A stretch of DNA of 64,000 bases from assembly GCA_963555825.3 (NCBI GenBank), contig CAUVXB020000001.1:62610-126609 (forward strand), written 5' to 3'. The notes below the pieces were generated by a model, which made no database searches, had not been told where the DNA came from, and saw only the letters and a program-made list of their open reading frames with translations. Both the position numbers and the translations under genes were made by a program. Numbering within the stretch: position 1 is the first letter of the stretch; every line of letters starts with the position of its first letter. The stretch comes from Alphaproteobacteria bacterium. Its GTDB lineage: Bacteria > Pseudomonadota > Alphaproteobacteria > JAAXGF01. This document shows, one piece after another, positions 8,079 to 17,915 of the stretch.

Positions 8079-9572
8079 CCAGACACACCTCTCGTGTCGC
8101 AATCTCCTTGCCGTCGATTCCCTCGGCCTACGCCGGAGCGGGTCTTCGTCGTAGATCATCAATCAGGCTCAAGATTTTCTGGAACAAGCTTCTGGTGACT
8201 GCAACCTCGGCCAATTGAAATGTGACGTACCGGCCATGGCTGACAACTTTCGCACCGATCTTGACCAGCTTCTCCCTCAGCGTCGTCAGCGACCATTGCT
8301 CCACGGCATCGGGCAACGCCAGGGTACGCATGAAGTTGCCGAGGTTATAGGCGAGTGCATGCAGCTGGAGCCGGACGGCATTGTTGCGTAACGAACGGCA
8401 TGACAGCCGCGTCCACTTGATGGCGTTCTTGCCTTCCTTGATCCATTGCTCGGCAGTGCCGCGCTGATTGTAGAACGCAACAACCCGCTCGGCAGGACGG
8501 CTCAGGTTGGTGACGATGAAGCCGACGCGGGGATACAGTTCCCCTGAGTGCCACTCCACCTTGGCGACGACCCGGCGGGGCTTCGTCCAGCTACCGGCCC
8601 GATAGCTGAAGTTCGCGTAATACCGACGAACTTCCTTCGGCGGCCGACCGACGGGGCGCTTGAGCAGGTGCGCGATGCTGTCGTGCAGCACCTTGTTGGC
8701 CGGAAGCCGGATGGCGTACTTGAAGCCTTCCGCTTCCAGAAACTCATAAACCTCGGGCGAGGCGAAGGCGGCGTCACCACGGAAATAACGCCGGAGTGTC
8801 TTGTTCCGGTATCGAGCGACCACCGGGTCCAACACATCGCGCCATTCATGGGCGCTGTGCACGTTGCCCGGACGCAGGGCGCAACGCTCCAGATCGCCGA
8901 ACTGGTTGAACACGAACAGCGGGTGATAGCACGTGCAGCCGAAGTGACCGTTGTAGGCCGTGCCCTCCTGGTCACCGTAGGTCGGGCTGACGGAGCTGTC
9001 CATGTCGAGCACGATAATCTTCGGCGGCTTGCGCTCGTTAACCTGGTCGATCCAGATGCCCAAAAGGTCAGCGAGCGCGGCGAGGTTGTCATTGGTGGCG
9101 AGTAACTCCGTCTCGAACCGGCCCATCTGGCTGGTCGATGCGCCGCCGCGCTCGACAGCCCTGCCGCCGACGATCCACCGCATCGCAGGATCGCGCCCCA
9201 GCCGGTCGGCGTCGTTCACGTCCTCGTACCCGGCGAGACGACCATAGACGGATTGGCGAAGGAGACCGATGATGCCGTGCCAACCGTTCTTGCCGGTCCG
9301 GCTGTCAGCAATAACGTCACCGGCCAGCGTGGTCAGGCCGAGGGCTTCGTCCAGTTCACGATAGGCGAGCAGACCAGCGTCTGACGTGATCCGCGAACCG
9401 TGGAACTCGAACTTCAGTCTTCGGTCGAAAAACGCCCGCAGAAGCCCCCGATCCGACTCACCCTCCAGGTTCCGCATTCGACCCACCCTCCGTCTGATCT
9501 AATCCACTGATTCTTATACAGGAATCAGACGGAAACCGCATCAGATGGATCGGTCACTTGGGGAATGCGGGC
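7930..9572 (-). mobile_element. Complete IS1380-family insertion sequence
   Basis: Ends are CCGACATTCCCCAGATG (7930-) and the reverse complement of GGGGAATGCGGGC (9560-9572). TTAA lies on both flanks (7926-7929 and 9573-9576). It has a single 452-aa transposase. Confidence 0.8.
8128..9486 (-). CDS. IS1380-family DDE transposase
   Basis: 452 aa. FHGSRITSDAGLLAYRELDEALGL..., VLDMDSS..., RGDAAFASPEVYEFLEAEG..., AEQWIKEGKNAIKWTRLSC fit IS1380-type transposases in pattern and length. Confidence 0.85.
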   Translation of the reverse strand: MGRMRNLEGESDRGLLRAFFDRRLKFEFHGSRITSDAGLLAYRELDEALGLTTLAGDVIADSRTGKNGWHGIIGLLRQSVYGRLAGYEDVNDADRLGRDPAMRWIVGGRAVERGGASTSQMGRFETELLATNDNLAALADLLGIWIDQVNERKPPKIIVLDMDSSVSPTYGDQEGTAYNGHFGCTCYHPLFVFNQFGDLERCALRPGNVHSAHEWRDVLDPVVARYRNKTLRRYFRGDAAFASPEVYEFLEAEGFKYAIRLPANKVLHDSIAHLLKRPVGRPPKEVRRYYANFSYRAGSWTKPRRVVAKVEWHSGELYPRVGFIVTNLSRPAERVVAFYNQRGTAEQWIKEGKNAIKWTRLSCRSLRNNAVRLQLHALAYNLGNFMRTLALPDAVEQWSLTTLREKLVKIGAKVVSHGRYVTFQLAEVAVTRSLFQKILSLIDDLRRRPAPA

Positions 9573-10469
9573 TTAACTACGCTGCCAACCTGTCCAACAA
9601 AGTGGGACCACCTCAATGGTCCCTTTCTGGAACGATCGCGTTCTGCCTACAGCAAACACCTTTTGTCCAATGGGACCCATGGTGTCGAGGTCGAGTGGGA
9701 CCGGGTCACCCAGTTCGTGATATTCCACCTCGTCCTGTTCGTTAAGCACCGGCACGCGTGGGTCTATGTCCGATATAGGCCGAGTTGGGTGCAGCGGTGC
9801 GAAGGCACAGTCTACCCGATAATCGTTCTCGGGAAGGTCCACGATGCCCGGAAAGCGGACCTCGTCTGGGAGGTATTCGAATACCTTTGAAACTCTACCC
9901 AAGGGGACGCCGCCTCTTGTAGGAAACAAGAGCATGTCCCCCACTTCACCCGCGACGTGTTTGTTTGTGATCAGGCCAATATCACCATTGCTGGCCTGCC
10001 CAAAGCAGCCGAGCGTGCCATACCAGCCGGAACGGTGGTAGAGCTGTGCTCCGGGCGTAATGACGTCGCTCCATCCCTTTAATGACTCAAGAAGACTGAT
10101 TCTGCCCGGCGTCGACAGTTGTGGAGGTCCAATGATGTCGTCAGGACCGACCACGGGGGCTTTGTAACCGGGTTGAACTCCCGTCACATCGACAAGACCG
10201 ATCTCGAAGAATTCATCCTTTTTTCCTCCCTGAACAATATCTACTGGACAATAGAGACCGTTTGGCCCTTCGAGCCTGTCCTCGATGGCTATGCTATCGG
10301 GCAACCATTTCTTTGCGATTTTTCGCGGTACGAAGATTATTATACAGGGGTCCCCGTCACCGTTCTTGCGGCCAATGGCGCTACCCAGGTTCCCGTTAAT
10401 GGACTGAATATAATCGTTATTAAGTTCTCGAATTATTAGCAATTCCCGAAGATTGTTTGCTTGCGCCAT
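9573..10469 (-). pseudogene. N-terminal 297 codons of the trypsin-like serine protease (His and Asp of the triad), interrupted by IS1380/IS3
   Basis: ATG 10469 is preceded by GGGAGGA. There is no signal peptide. GLITNKHVAG carries the His and RVDCAFAPL the Asp. The frame ends in the TTAA target site of IS1380. Confidence 0.75.
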
Positions 10470-10814
10470 GACTGGTCCTCCCTACCAGCATGCAACTGCC
10501 GATTCTTGTTGAAATCACCGACTGATGCATTCTTGTGATATGGCCACTTTGTCCGTAACCGTTTGTTGAGATGTCCCCGTTTGCTCGTCCAGGTCGTGAT
10601 ATGCGTTGGCACAACTTTCTGACGAAGACGGATTGGGTATTAAACGAATCACTCTACAACGATTTCTTTATTTTGTCGCGCCGGTTAGGGGATCAAGATT
10701 CCATTGCCCTTCCTGCATACCGCACATCGCGTACGAAGTTCGATTTTTGCTGAGCGGCATTTGGCCTCAAGGATTGGTCTCGAAAGCAGCCCCGCATTAC
10801 GGCAAGTAATGAGA

Positions 10815-11178
10815 CGATGAACTCGATGCCGATGCGCGCGCCCTCGAGGCCCTTCTCGGCGCGGATGTCGCGCAGCTCGAGCGCCGGGTTTACGCCTTCG
10901 GCGCCGTACCAGACGCGGATGTCGGGAATGATCGAAGTCTCGCGCGCCTGCTGCACGTCGGGCCGGCGCGTCAAGAGCGTGATCGGCATCTCGTCGGCGG
11001 TCAGCACGGCGCACTGGGAGAAGACGTAGCCCGCGGTGTCGAAGCCGGTCAGGTAGTAGTGGCTCTCCCGGGCGAAGATTTACAGCGCGTCGAGGTCGCG
11101 CATCGCGTGCGCCCGCGCCCGGGCGATGCGTCTCTCGTGCTCCTCGCGCGTGAAAAACAGCACGGGCGTGGCCGCCAT
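10815..11178 (-). pseudogene. N-terminal fragment of the M24 peptidase/creatinase-type gene, with an internal stop
   Basis: MAATPVLFFTREEHERRIARARAHAMRDLDAL*IFARESHYYLTGFDTAGYVFS...LEGARIGIEF. There is an in-frame TAA at 11080-11082. Homology stops at about 10815, where A/T-rich island DNA begins. Confidence 0.7.
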
Positions 11179-11191
11179 CCTTGCCTTCCGT

Positions 11192-12871
11192 CTATCGTTC
11201 CGGCGCGCCGTGGCGTTGGCGGGTCTGCCATTCGGCGTCGAGCCAGACCGGTGCGTTCGAGGCGGCGAGCGGCGGGCGGCCGCGGATCAGGTCGGCGGCG
11301 CGCTCGGCGACCATGATGGTCGGCGCGTTGAGGTTGCCGTTGGTGATGGTCGGGAAGACCGAGGAATCGACGACGCGCAGCCGTTCGACGCCGCGCACCC
11401 GGCACTCGGGGTCGAGCACGGCGAGCGGGTCGTCGTCGTCGCCGATCTTGCAGGTGCAGGACGGGTGGTAGGCGCTCTCGCCGTTGGCGCGCACCCAGGC
11501 GTCGATCTCTTCGTCGGCCGTCATCGACGCGCCGGGCTGGATTTCCTCGCCGCGGTAGGGATCCATCGCGGGCTGCGCGATGATCTCGCGGGTCAGGCGG
11601 ATGCAGTGGCGCCAGTCGACCCGGTCGGCCTCCGCCTCGAGGTAGTTGAACAGAATCTTGGGCTTGGCCCTCGGATCGGCCGAGGCGATGCGCACCCAGC
11701 CGCGGCTCTTCGGCTTGTTTGGCCCGACGTGGACCTGGAAGCCATGGCCGTCGAACGCGGCGTTGCCGTCGTAACGCATCGCGGCGGGCAGGAAGTGATA
11801 CTGGATGTCGGGCCATTTGACGCCTGACTTGGAGCGGATGAAGGCGCAGGATTCGAAGTGGTTGGTCGCCCCTAGACCATCCTTGAAGAGCACCCAGCGC
11901 GCGCCGATAAGAAGCTTGCTGAGCGGGCCGATCTTGGAATTCAGCGTAATCGGCTGGGTGCAGCGGAACTGGAAGTAGACCTCGAGATGGTCCTGAAGGT
12001 TCTCGCCGACGCCGGCGAGATCGTGGACGACCTCGACGCCGGCCGCCTCGAGCACGGCGGCGGGGCCGATGCCCGAGAGCTGCAGGAGTTGCGGCGTGCC
12101 CACCGAGCCGGCGCTCAGGATGACTTCCTTGCGGGCACGCGCCTGGTGCATCGTGCCGCCGCGCTCGTAGGCGACGCCGGTCGCCGTCCGGCCGGCGAAG
12201 CTGACGCGGTGGATCAGCGCCTCGGAGACCAGCGTCAGGTTTGGCCGGCCGAGCGCTGGCTTGAGATAGGCGTTCGACGCCGACCAGCGCACGCCGTCCT
12301 TGACCGTCATGTGCATCGGCCCGAAGCCTTCCTGCTGGAAGCCGTTGTAGTCCTCGGTCTCCAGATAGCCGGCCTCGACGCCGGCGTCGATGAAGGCGCG
12401 GTAGAGCGGGTTGAGCCGCATGTCGTTGCCGTTGCAGGTCGCCAGCGGCCCATCGTCGCCGCGATAGTCGTCGGTGCCGCCGCGCCAGGTCTCGGCGCGC
12501 CGGAAGTAGGGCAGGCAGTGGCGGTAGCCCCAGTCCTTCGCGCCGTGTTGCTCCCAATCGTCGAAGTCGCAGGCGTGGCCGCGCACGTAGACCATGCCGT
12601 TGATCGACGACGAGCCGCCGATCACCTTGCCACGCGGGCAGTCGAGCCGGCGGCCGTCCATGTAGGGTTCGGGCTCGGTCTCGAATTGCCAGTTGTAGCG
12701 TTGCATGTTCATCGGGATCGACAGCGCGGTCGGCATCTGGATGAAGACGCTGCGGTCGCTGCCGCCGGCCTCGAGCACCAGGACACGGTTGGTCGGGTCC
12801 TCGGAGAGGCGGCCCGCGAGCACGCAGCCGGCCGAGCCGGCGCCGACGATGATGTAGTCGAACTCTTCCAT
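11192..12871 (-). CDS. betA: Choline dehydrogenase (GMC oxidoreductase)
   Basis: [40 protein letters not shown], and ...[11 protein letters not shown]...[24 protein letters not shown]. 559 aa. Confidence 0.9.
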   Translation of the reverse strand: MEEFDYIIVGAGSAGCVLAGRLSEDPTNRVLVLEAGGSDRSVFIQMPTALSIPMNMQRYNWQFETEPEPYMDGRRLDCPRGKVIGGSSSINGMVYVRGHACDFDDWEQHGAKDWGYRHCLPYFRRAETWRGGTDDYRGDDGPLATCNGNDMRLNPLYRAFIDAGVEAGYLETEDYNGFQQEGFGPMHMTVKDGVRWSASNAYLKPALGRPNLTLVSEALIHRVSFAGRTATGVAYERGGTMHQARARKEVILSAGSVGTPQLLQLSGIGPAAVLEAAGVEVVHDLAGVGENLQDHLEVYFQFRCTQPITLNSKIGPLSKLLIGARWVLFKDGLGATNHFESCAFIRSKSGVKWPDIQYHFLPAAMRYDGNAAFDGHGFQVHVGPNKPKSRGWVRIASADPRAKPKILFNYLEAEADRVDWRHCIRLTREIIAQPAMDPYRGEEIQPGASMTADEEIDAWVRANGESAYHPSCTCKIGDDDDPLAVLDPECRVRGVERLRVVDSSVFPTITNGNLNAPTIMVAERAADLIRGRPPLAASNAPVWLDAEWQTRQRHGAPER

Positions 12872-12987
12872 GCGCCCGATCCCTCGACGTTACGCTATGG
12901 CAGAGGCTATCACTCCGCGTGCTGGTCAAGAAGCGCGCGATCGGTAAAGTGTCGCCTGCAGGCGAACCGCGGGAGAGAGGGCAAGGC

Positions 12988-14187
12988 TTGTACGACTACG
13001 CGATCATCGGCGGCGGCATCGTCGGGCTGTCGACTGCCTGGCAGTTGAAGCGTCGGCTGCCCGACCGCTCGGTGCTGGTGATCGAGAAGGAGGCGGCGGT
13101 GGCGCGCCACCAGAGCGGCCACAATTCGGGTGTCATCCACGCCGGCGTCTACTACCGGCCGGGCAGCATGAAGGCGCGTTTCTGCCGCGCGGGCGTCGCC
13201 GCGACGATACGCTTCTGCGAGGAAAACGACGTCGCCTACGATCAATGCGGCAAGCTGATCGTCGCGACCGACGCCGCCGAAGTCGGGCGCATGAAGGCGT
13301 TGTTCGAGCGCTGCGGTGAGAACCGCATCGCCGCCGAATGGCTCGGGGCCGAGGCGCTCGCCGAGCGCGACCCGCGAATCGCCGGCGCCGGCGCGATCCT
13401 GGTGCCGTCGACCGGCATCGCCGATTACCCCGGTATTGCGCGCGCCATGGCGCGGCTGTTCGAAGCGCTGGGCGGCGAGATCCGGTTGAACGCGCGGGTG
13501 ACGGGTCTGCGCGAGACCCCGGACGCGGTGATCGTCGGCGCCGGTGGCGACGCGATCGAGGCCCGGCGTCTGGTCGTCTGCGGCGGGCTGATGGCCGACC
13601 GCCTGGCGCGCATGATGGGGCTTACCGCCGACTTCCGCATCGTGCCGTTCCGCGGCGAATACTTCCGCCTGCCGCCGGCCAAGAACGACATCGTCCGACA
13701 CCTGATCTATCCGGTGCCCGACCCGGCGATGCCGTTCCTCGGCGTCCACCTGACGCGCATGATCGACGGCAGCGTCACGGTCGGGCCCAACGCGGTGTTG
13801 TCGTTCGCCCGCGAGCGCTACACCAAGGGCGCGGTGAGTGCGCGCGACGTCGCCGCGATGGCGTGCTTTGGCGGCTTCTGGCGGCTGATGGCGAAGAACC
13901 TCGCGTTCGGCGTCGCCGAGATGCGCAACTCGCTCTCGAAGCGGCGCTATCTCGAACACTGCCGGACGTACTGCCCCGAGCTCGAACTCGGCGACCTCGG
14001 CGCCTATCCGGCCGGCATCCGCGCCATGGCGGTGGCGCGCGACGGCGCCATGCTCCACGACTTCGTGTTCGGCGAGACGCCGCGCAGCATCCACGTCTGC
14101 AACGCGCCGTCGCCCGCCGCGACCTCGGCGATCCCGATCGGCGGCCACATCCTCGACAAGATCATCGAGCGCTTCGAGGCCGGCTGA
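12988..14187 (+). CDS. lhgO: L-2-hydroxyglutarate oxidase/dehydrogenase
   Basis: YDYAIIGGGIVGLSTA, HQSGHNSGVIHAGVYY, PFRGEYFRL, YPVPDPAMPFLGVHLTRMIDGSVTVGPNAV and CNAPSPAATSAIPIG closely follow E. coli LhgO as I remember it. I place the start at TTG 12988 after GGGAGAGAGG; the track start at 12919 is also possible. Confidence 0.85.
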   Translation: MYDYAIIGGGIVGLSTAWQLKRRLPDRSVLVIEKEAAVARHQSGHNSGVIHAGVYYRPGSMKARFCRAGVAATIRFCEENDVAYDQCGKLIVATDAAEVGRMKALFERCGENRIAAEWLGAEALAERDPRIAGAGAILVPSTGIADYPGIARAMARLFEALGGEIRLNARVTGLRETPDAVIVGAGGDAIEARRLVVCGGLMADRLARMMGLTADFRIVPFRGEYFRLPPAKNDIVRHLIYPVPDPAMPFLGVHLTRMIDGSVTVGPNAVLSFARERYTKGAVSARDVAAMACFGGFWRLMAKNLAFGVAEMRNSLSKRRYLEHCRTYCPELELGDLGAYPAGIRAMAVARDGAMLHDFVFGETPRSIHVCNAPSPAATSAIPIGGHILDKIIERFEAG

Positions 14188-14189
14188 AG

Positions 14190-14592
14190 CTTGCGGCACT
14201 GGAGCATTGGTCGCTGACGACTCTGCGGGCTTGAGCGGCAAAGCCGATCAAGGGTGGTCAAGATTGGTGCCAAGGTCGTCAGACACGGGCGATACGTCAC
14301 GTTCCAATTGGCCGAGGTTGCCGTGCCGAGGGAACTGTTCCGGAGAAACCTGAGCCCGATTGATGATCTACGACGAAGACCCATTCCGGCGTAGGCCGAG
14401 GAAATCGACGGCCAGGTGAAAACGACGGGAGGGGTGTGTCTGAATGGCGGAAAATCTGGGCAAATGGCCTTCCAAACGAGGACCGATCTCCAAAATCGGG
14501 CCCTCGGATGGCTGCGGAAGCGATGCCGTTCCCTTGGCGGTGGAACGGTGGTACGAATTCCACGGTTTTGGATGGCGTCTGGGGAATGTCGG
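14190..14592 (+). mobile_element. 3'-terminal fragment of a second IS1380-like element (transposase C-terminus remnant, tail and terminal repeat)
   Basis: ...LEHWSLTTLR...VVRHGRYVTFQLAEVAVPRELF...IDDLRRRPIPA, with frame breaks, aligns to the end of the 8128..9486 transposase. The tail and end GGGGAATGTCGG (14581-14592) match copy 1. It starts right after the lhgO stop. Confidence 0.8.
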
Positions 14593-14989
14593 TCAATACT
14601 GCTTAGGATTAACTGACGTGGTGCGGCGCGTTCGGTCGTCGAGTGACGATACGCCACCAAGGAGGGCGGACGCAGAAGTGGCGGAGGCGCTTGTCAGTCG
14701 GCCCGACCGGCTGGCGACCGGCAAGGATGGTGTCGACGATTTAGGGGGCCAGCAAAGCGAGTTGGATCCTGTGCCTAGCGTCCCTGGCGGCAAGCCCGCC
14801 GAAGCGTGCGATCTCGCGGATGAGGACAGGGCGAAAAATTTTCTTCAGAACAAACGCAATTGGGTAGAATAAGACCACTTGAGAGCATCCGGCTTGACGA
14901 CCTATGGCCGCACTTATTCATGTTGCGCGAGTCTGAGGCGCGCCGGGAGCGCTAGTTGCGACACCATCTTGCATCCCGAGTAGTCCCCC

Positions 14990-17638
14990 TTGCCTGATCC
15001 CGAAAACAAAGCCAGTCCCCTTACCGCAGCCGAGAGCAACCCTGGGGACACCCCCCGAGATGTCCCCAAGGGCGCTCGCGATAACGCCAGCCCAGAACGC
15101 GTCTCGACAGATCGGGCAGCCGCCGCCCGACAATATCCCGCCGTCACCGCCGCAGACGGGGGGAAGCTAACCGCGCCATCGCAGTTTTTCTTTTTCGCAG
15201 GTGTGTTTCTTCTCACCTTGACCACTTTGATGCTTGAAATAATTCAGACACGAATTCTTTCCGTTGTCTCATGGTATTATTTCGCGTTTTTTATTATCAG
15301 CATCGCGATGTTCGGCATGACCGCCGGCGCGGTTTGGGTTTACATGCGGCACGACCGGTTCACGGAAAAGACGCTGTCTCGCGACCTCGTTTTTTCCACT
15401 ACGGCGTTTGCGCTGAGTATCGCGTTGTCGCTGGCCGTGCAGATGACCTTGGTACCGACCGTGGTGAGAACCGTGACGTCGATCATCGTATGGGTCGAAC
15501 TGGCGATCTGCATGGCCGTTCCTTTCTTCTTTTCCGGCGTCGCGGTGAGCTTGGCTCTGACTCGCAGCCCCTATTCCATTGGTCGGGTGTACGGGTTTGA
15601 TCTGGCCGGGGCCGCGCTCGGCTGCTTGGGCGCGTTATTGGTGCTCAACATCACCGACGGCCCCTCGGCGATCTTGTGGACGGCGGCGATAGGCGCGGCG
15701 GCTGCCGTTGCCTTCACCAAATCGGGGATCGGCGTTGCGTCTGGTGAAGAGCCCGCGCTGATTTCTGTATTGCGGCGACCGAAGCTGGTACTTTGCCTCC
15801 TCGCGTTCGTCGCGCTGGGTAACAGCCTGGCCGAGAATGGACTCCGGCCGCTGGCGATCAAAGGACAAATTGCATTGCCGACCGTGGCGATCGAATTCGA
15901 AGAGTGGAACACGTTCTCACGGATTATCGCGCAGCGAACCGTCAAGAGAGAGCCGCATATGTGGGGTCCCTCGCCGATGATGCCGCAGAACAGATGGCTG
16001 ATCGATCAAAAAAAGATGACCATCGATGGACAGGCCAGCTCGAGGATGTATCGCTTCACGGAAAACGTGGAGGATATGGCGTTTCTGAAATACGACATAA
16101 CCAACTTGGGCTATTTCCTGCCCGACCGTGAACGGGCAGCGGTGATCGGGGTCGGCGGCGGGCGAGACCTGATGTCGGCCTGGACGTTCGGCGTCCGCGA
16201 CATCACCGGCGTCGAGATCAACCCGATCTTCATCAAGCTGTTGACCGGCCTGCCCGAATTCGCCGACTTCGCCGGCCTGAGCAGGCTCGGCGGAATTACA
16301 CTCGTCGTTGACGAGGGGCGTAGCTGGTTCGCGCGGACCGACGAGAGCTTCGATGTCATCTTGATGAGCTTGGTCGATACCTGGGCCGCGACCAGTGCGG
16401 GCGCGTTCTCGCTGAGCGAGAACGGCCTTTACACGTTGGAGGCATGGCGGGTCTTCCTCAATCGGCTGACGCCACGGGGTGTTTTCTCGGTTAGTCGTCA
16501 CTTCGCCCCCAGCAACGTCGATGAGGCGGGCCGCTTGGTAAGCCTGGCGACGGCGACTCTGATGGACATGGGTTATACGGCCCCGCAGCGCCACATTTTT
16601 CTCGCCGCCGCGGGCAAAGTGTCTACGTTGCTGGTCTCACGGTCGCCCTATTCGTCGGCGGACCTTAAGGTCCTGGAAGACGTCGCCGATCGATACCAGT
16701 ACCAAGTGTTGGTGAGCCCGACGAAGAGGCCGGCCTCGGAGGTGCTGTACAACATCGTCACGGCGCGTGACAAGGCGCAGCTCGAGCGATACACCGCCGG
16801 CCTCGTGCTCGATCTCACGCCGCCAACCGACGAGCGGCCGTTCTTCTTCAATCAATTGCCGCCACTGCAAGCCCTCAAGGTCTTATTCAGGTCGCGAGAT
16901 GCCGTCAGAGGCGAGGGGACGGCAAGCGGTAACCTCGCTGCCACGGTGGTCCTACTGCTATTGTTTCTCGTTTCGACTTGGCTCGTCGCCGCGACCATCA
17001 TCATTCCGATCCTCCCGGCCATCGAAGACGTGGGCGCTCGTTTGGTCACCGGAGGCACCGGTTACTTCGTGCTCATCGGCATCGGTTTCATGACCGTCGA
17101 GATCGGGCTGTTACAACGAATGTCTGTGTTCCTCGGGCCCCCGGTCTATTCGCTCAGCGTCGTCCTCTTCACCTTGATTCTGGTGACCGGCATAGGGAGT
17201 TTCATCTCGGACAGGCTCCGGCTCGACAGCCCGAAGAAGTTCGCCATCTGGTGCGCCCTGACCGGTGGCTACGTCATCCTACTTCCGTTGTGGCTGCCGA
17301 CTCTCCTCCTCGTCTTCGACAGTGCCAACCTTTTCAGCAGGGCGGCCCTCTGCGTCGGCGTGATTGCGCCGGCGGCGGTTCTGATGGGCGCGGGCTTCCC
17401 GACCGGCATACGACTGATCTCCGCCGTCGATCGCGGGCCGACGCCCTGGTTCTGGGCGATCAACGGCGCGACGGGCGTGCTTGCGTCGATCATCGCCGTT
17501 GCGTGCAGCATTTCCTTCGGCATCGACGTCACCCTGCGCGTCGGCGGTGTTTGCTACCTTCTCTTGTTGCCCGCCGCGCTGACCATCGGATTTCGCGGAT
17601 CAACCGGTGCGTCGGGCCACGCGGTGGCCACAGTCTGA
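14990..17638 (+). CDS. Polytopic membrane protein with a central spermidine-synthase-like (SAM-MTase fold) domain
   Basis: Multiple hydrophobic helices lie at both ends. The central part reads AAVIGVGGGRDLMSAWTFGVRDITGVEINPIF...VILMSLVDTW. The region is visibly A/T-richer. The start is uncertain (TTG at 14990; the first ATG is at about 15228). Confidence 0.65.
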   Translation: MPDPENKASPLTAAESNPGDTPRDVPKGARDNASPERVSTDRAAAARQYPAVTAADGGKLTAPSQFFFFAGVFLLTLTTLMLEIIQTRILSVVSWYYFAFFIISIAMFGMTAGAVWVYMRHDRFTEKTLSRDLVFSTTAFALSIALSLAVQMTLVPTVVRTVTSIIVWVELAICMAVPFFFSGVAVSLALTRSPYSIGRVYGFDLAGAALGCLGALLVLNITDGPSAILWTAAIGAAAAVAFTKSGIGVASGEEPALISVLRRPKLVLCLLAFVALGNSLAENGLRPLAIKGQIALPTVAIEFEEWNTFSRIIAQRTVKREPHMWGPSPMMPQNRWLIDQKKMTIDGQASSRMYRFTENVEDMAFLKYDITNLGYFLPDRERAAVIGVGGGRDLMSAWTFGVRDITGVEINPIFIKLLTGLPEFADFAGLSRLGGITLVVDEGRSWFARTDESFDVILMSLVDTWAATSAGAFSLSENGLYTLEAWRVFLNRLTPRGVFSVSRHFAPSNVDEAGRLVSLATATLMDMGYTAPQRHIFLAAAGKVSTLLVSRSPYSSADLKVLEDVADRYQYQVLVSPTKRPASEVLYNIVTARDKAQLERYTAGLVLDLTPPTDERPFFFNQLPPLQALKVLFRSRDAVRGEGTASGNLAATVVLLLLFLVSTWLVAATIIIPILPAIEDVGARLVTGGTGYFVLIGIGFMTVEIGLLQRMSVFLGPPVYSLSVVLFTLILVTGIGSFISDRLRLDSPKKFAIWCALTGGYVILLPLWLPTLLLVFDSANLFSRAALCVGVIAPAAVLMGAGFPTGIRLISAVDRGPTPWFWAINGATGVLASIIAVACSISFGIDVTLRVGGVCYLLLLPAALTIGFRGSTGASGHAVATV

Positions 17639-17681
17639 CCGCGCGTCCACTGTTCGACTCTGAATATGCCGGCCAGTGTAC

Positions 17682-17915
17682 GTAAGCAGCTCGCAGAATC
17701 AACGTCGCGAACCAACGGAATTTACATAAATAACATAAGCAGTTTACATTTTAAGGTGACGGTGATGGTTCACGGCTAAAAGTAAGCAGTTACTTTGTTG
17801 CACGCTATGGGTCAGGGGCGTGGTGCCTTGCGCGTCTTCAACTGCTCATTGCCTCGCTCGTGCTCATGCTTAAACCGCGACCGCCGACGACTCGGAAGAA
17901 TTGTAAACTGCTTAC
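17682..17915. repeat. Four copies of a GTAAGCAG(T/C)T(T)ACA-like motif (three direct, one inverted) in an A/T-rich intergenic region
   Basis: gtaagcagc at 17682-17690, ataagcagtttacatt at 17735-17750, gtaagcagttacttt at 17782-17796, and tgtaaactgcttac at 17902-17915 (the reverse complement of gtaagcagtttaca). Confidence 0.6.

Noticed and set aside
10790-10800. ccccgcattac at the right border of the 3.1-10.8 kb island, sharing cccgcatt with the other IS1380 end (gcccgcattcccc)
   Set aside because: The orientation is wrong for an element end delimiting the island because it would point outward. The match decays after 8 bp, and GC-rich 8-mers are common here.
11049-12929. 626-aa ORF on the minus strand overlapping betA in another frame
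   Set aside because: It has an extreme Arg/Pro/Gly composition with no motifs, typical of a high-GC shadow ORF. The betA frame carries all GMC oxidoreductase signatures.
12910-14241. 443-aa ORF antisense to lhgO. Similar cases are 34592..35755 (antisense to the WecA-like gene), 59251..61392 (antisense to phaC) and 62719..63990 (antisense to hom).
   Set aside because: Each lies opposite a gene with strong family motifs and has junk-like composition.
17660-17675. gaatatgccgg as a possible surrogate IS1380 end closing the 14.6-17.6 kb block
   Set aside because: It needs a 2-nt gap to align with gaatgtcgg, which is too weak to support a boundary call.
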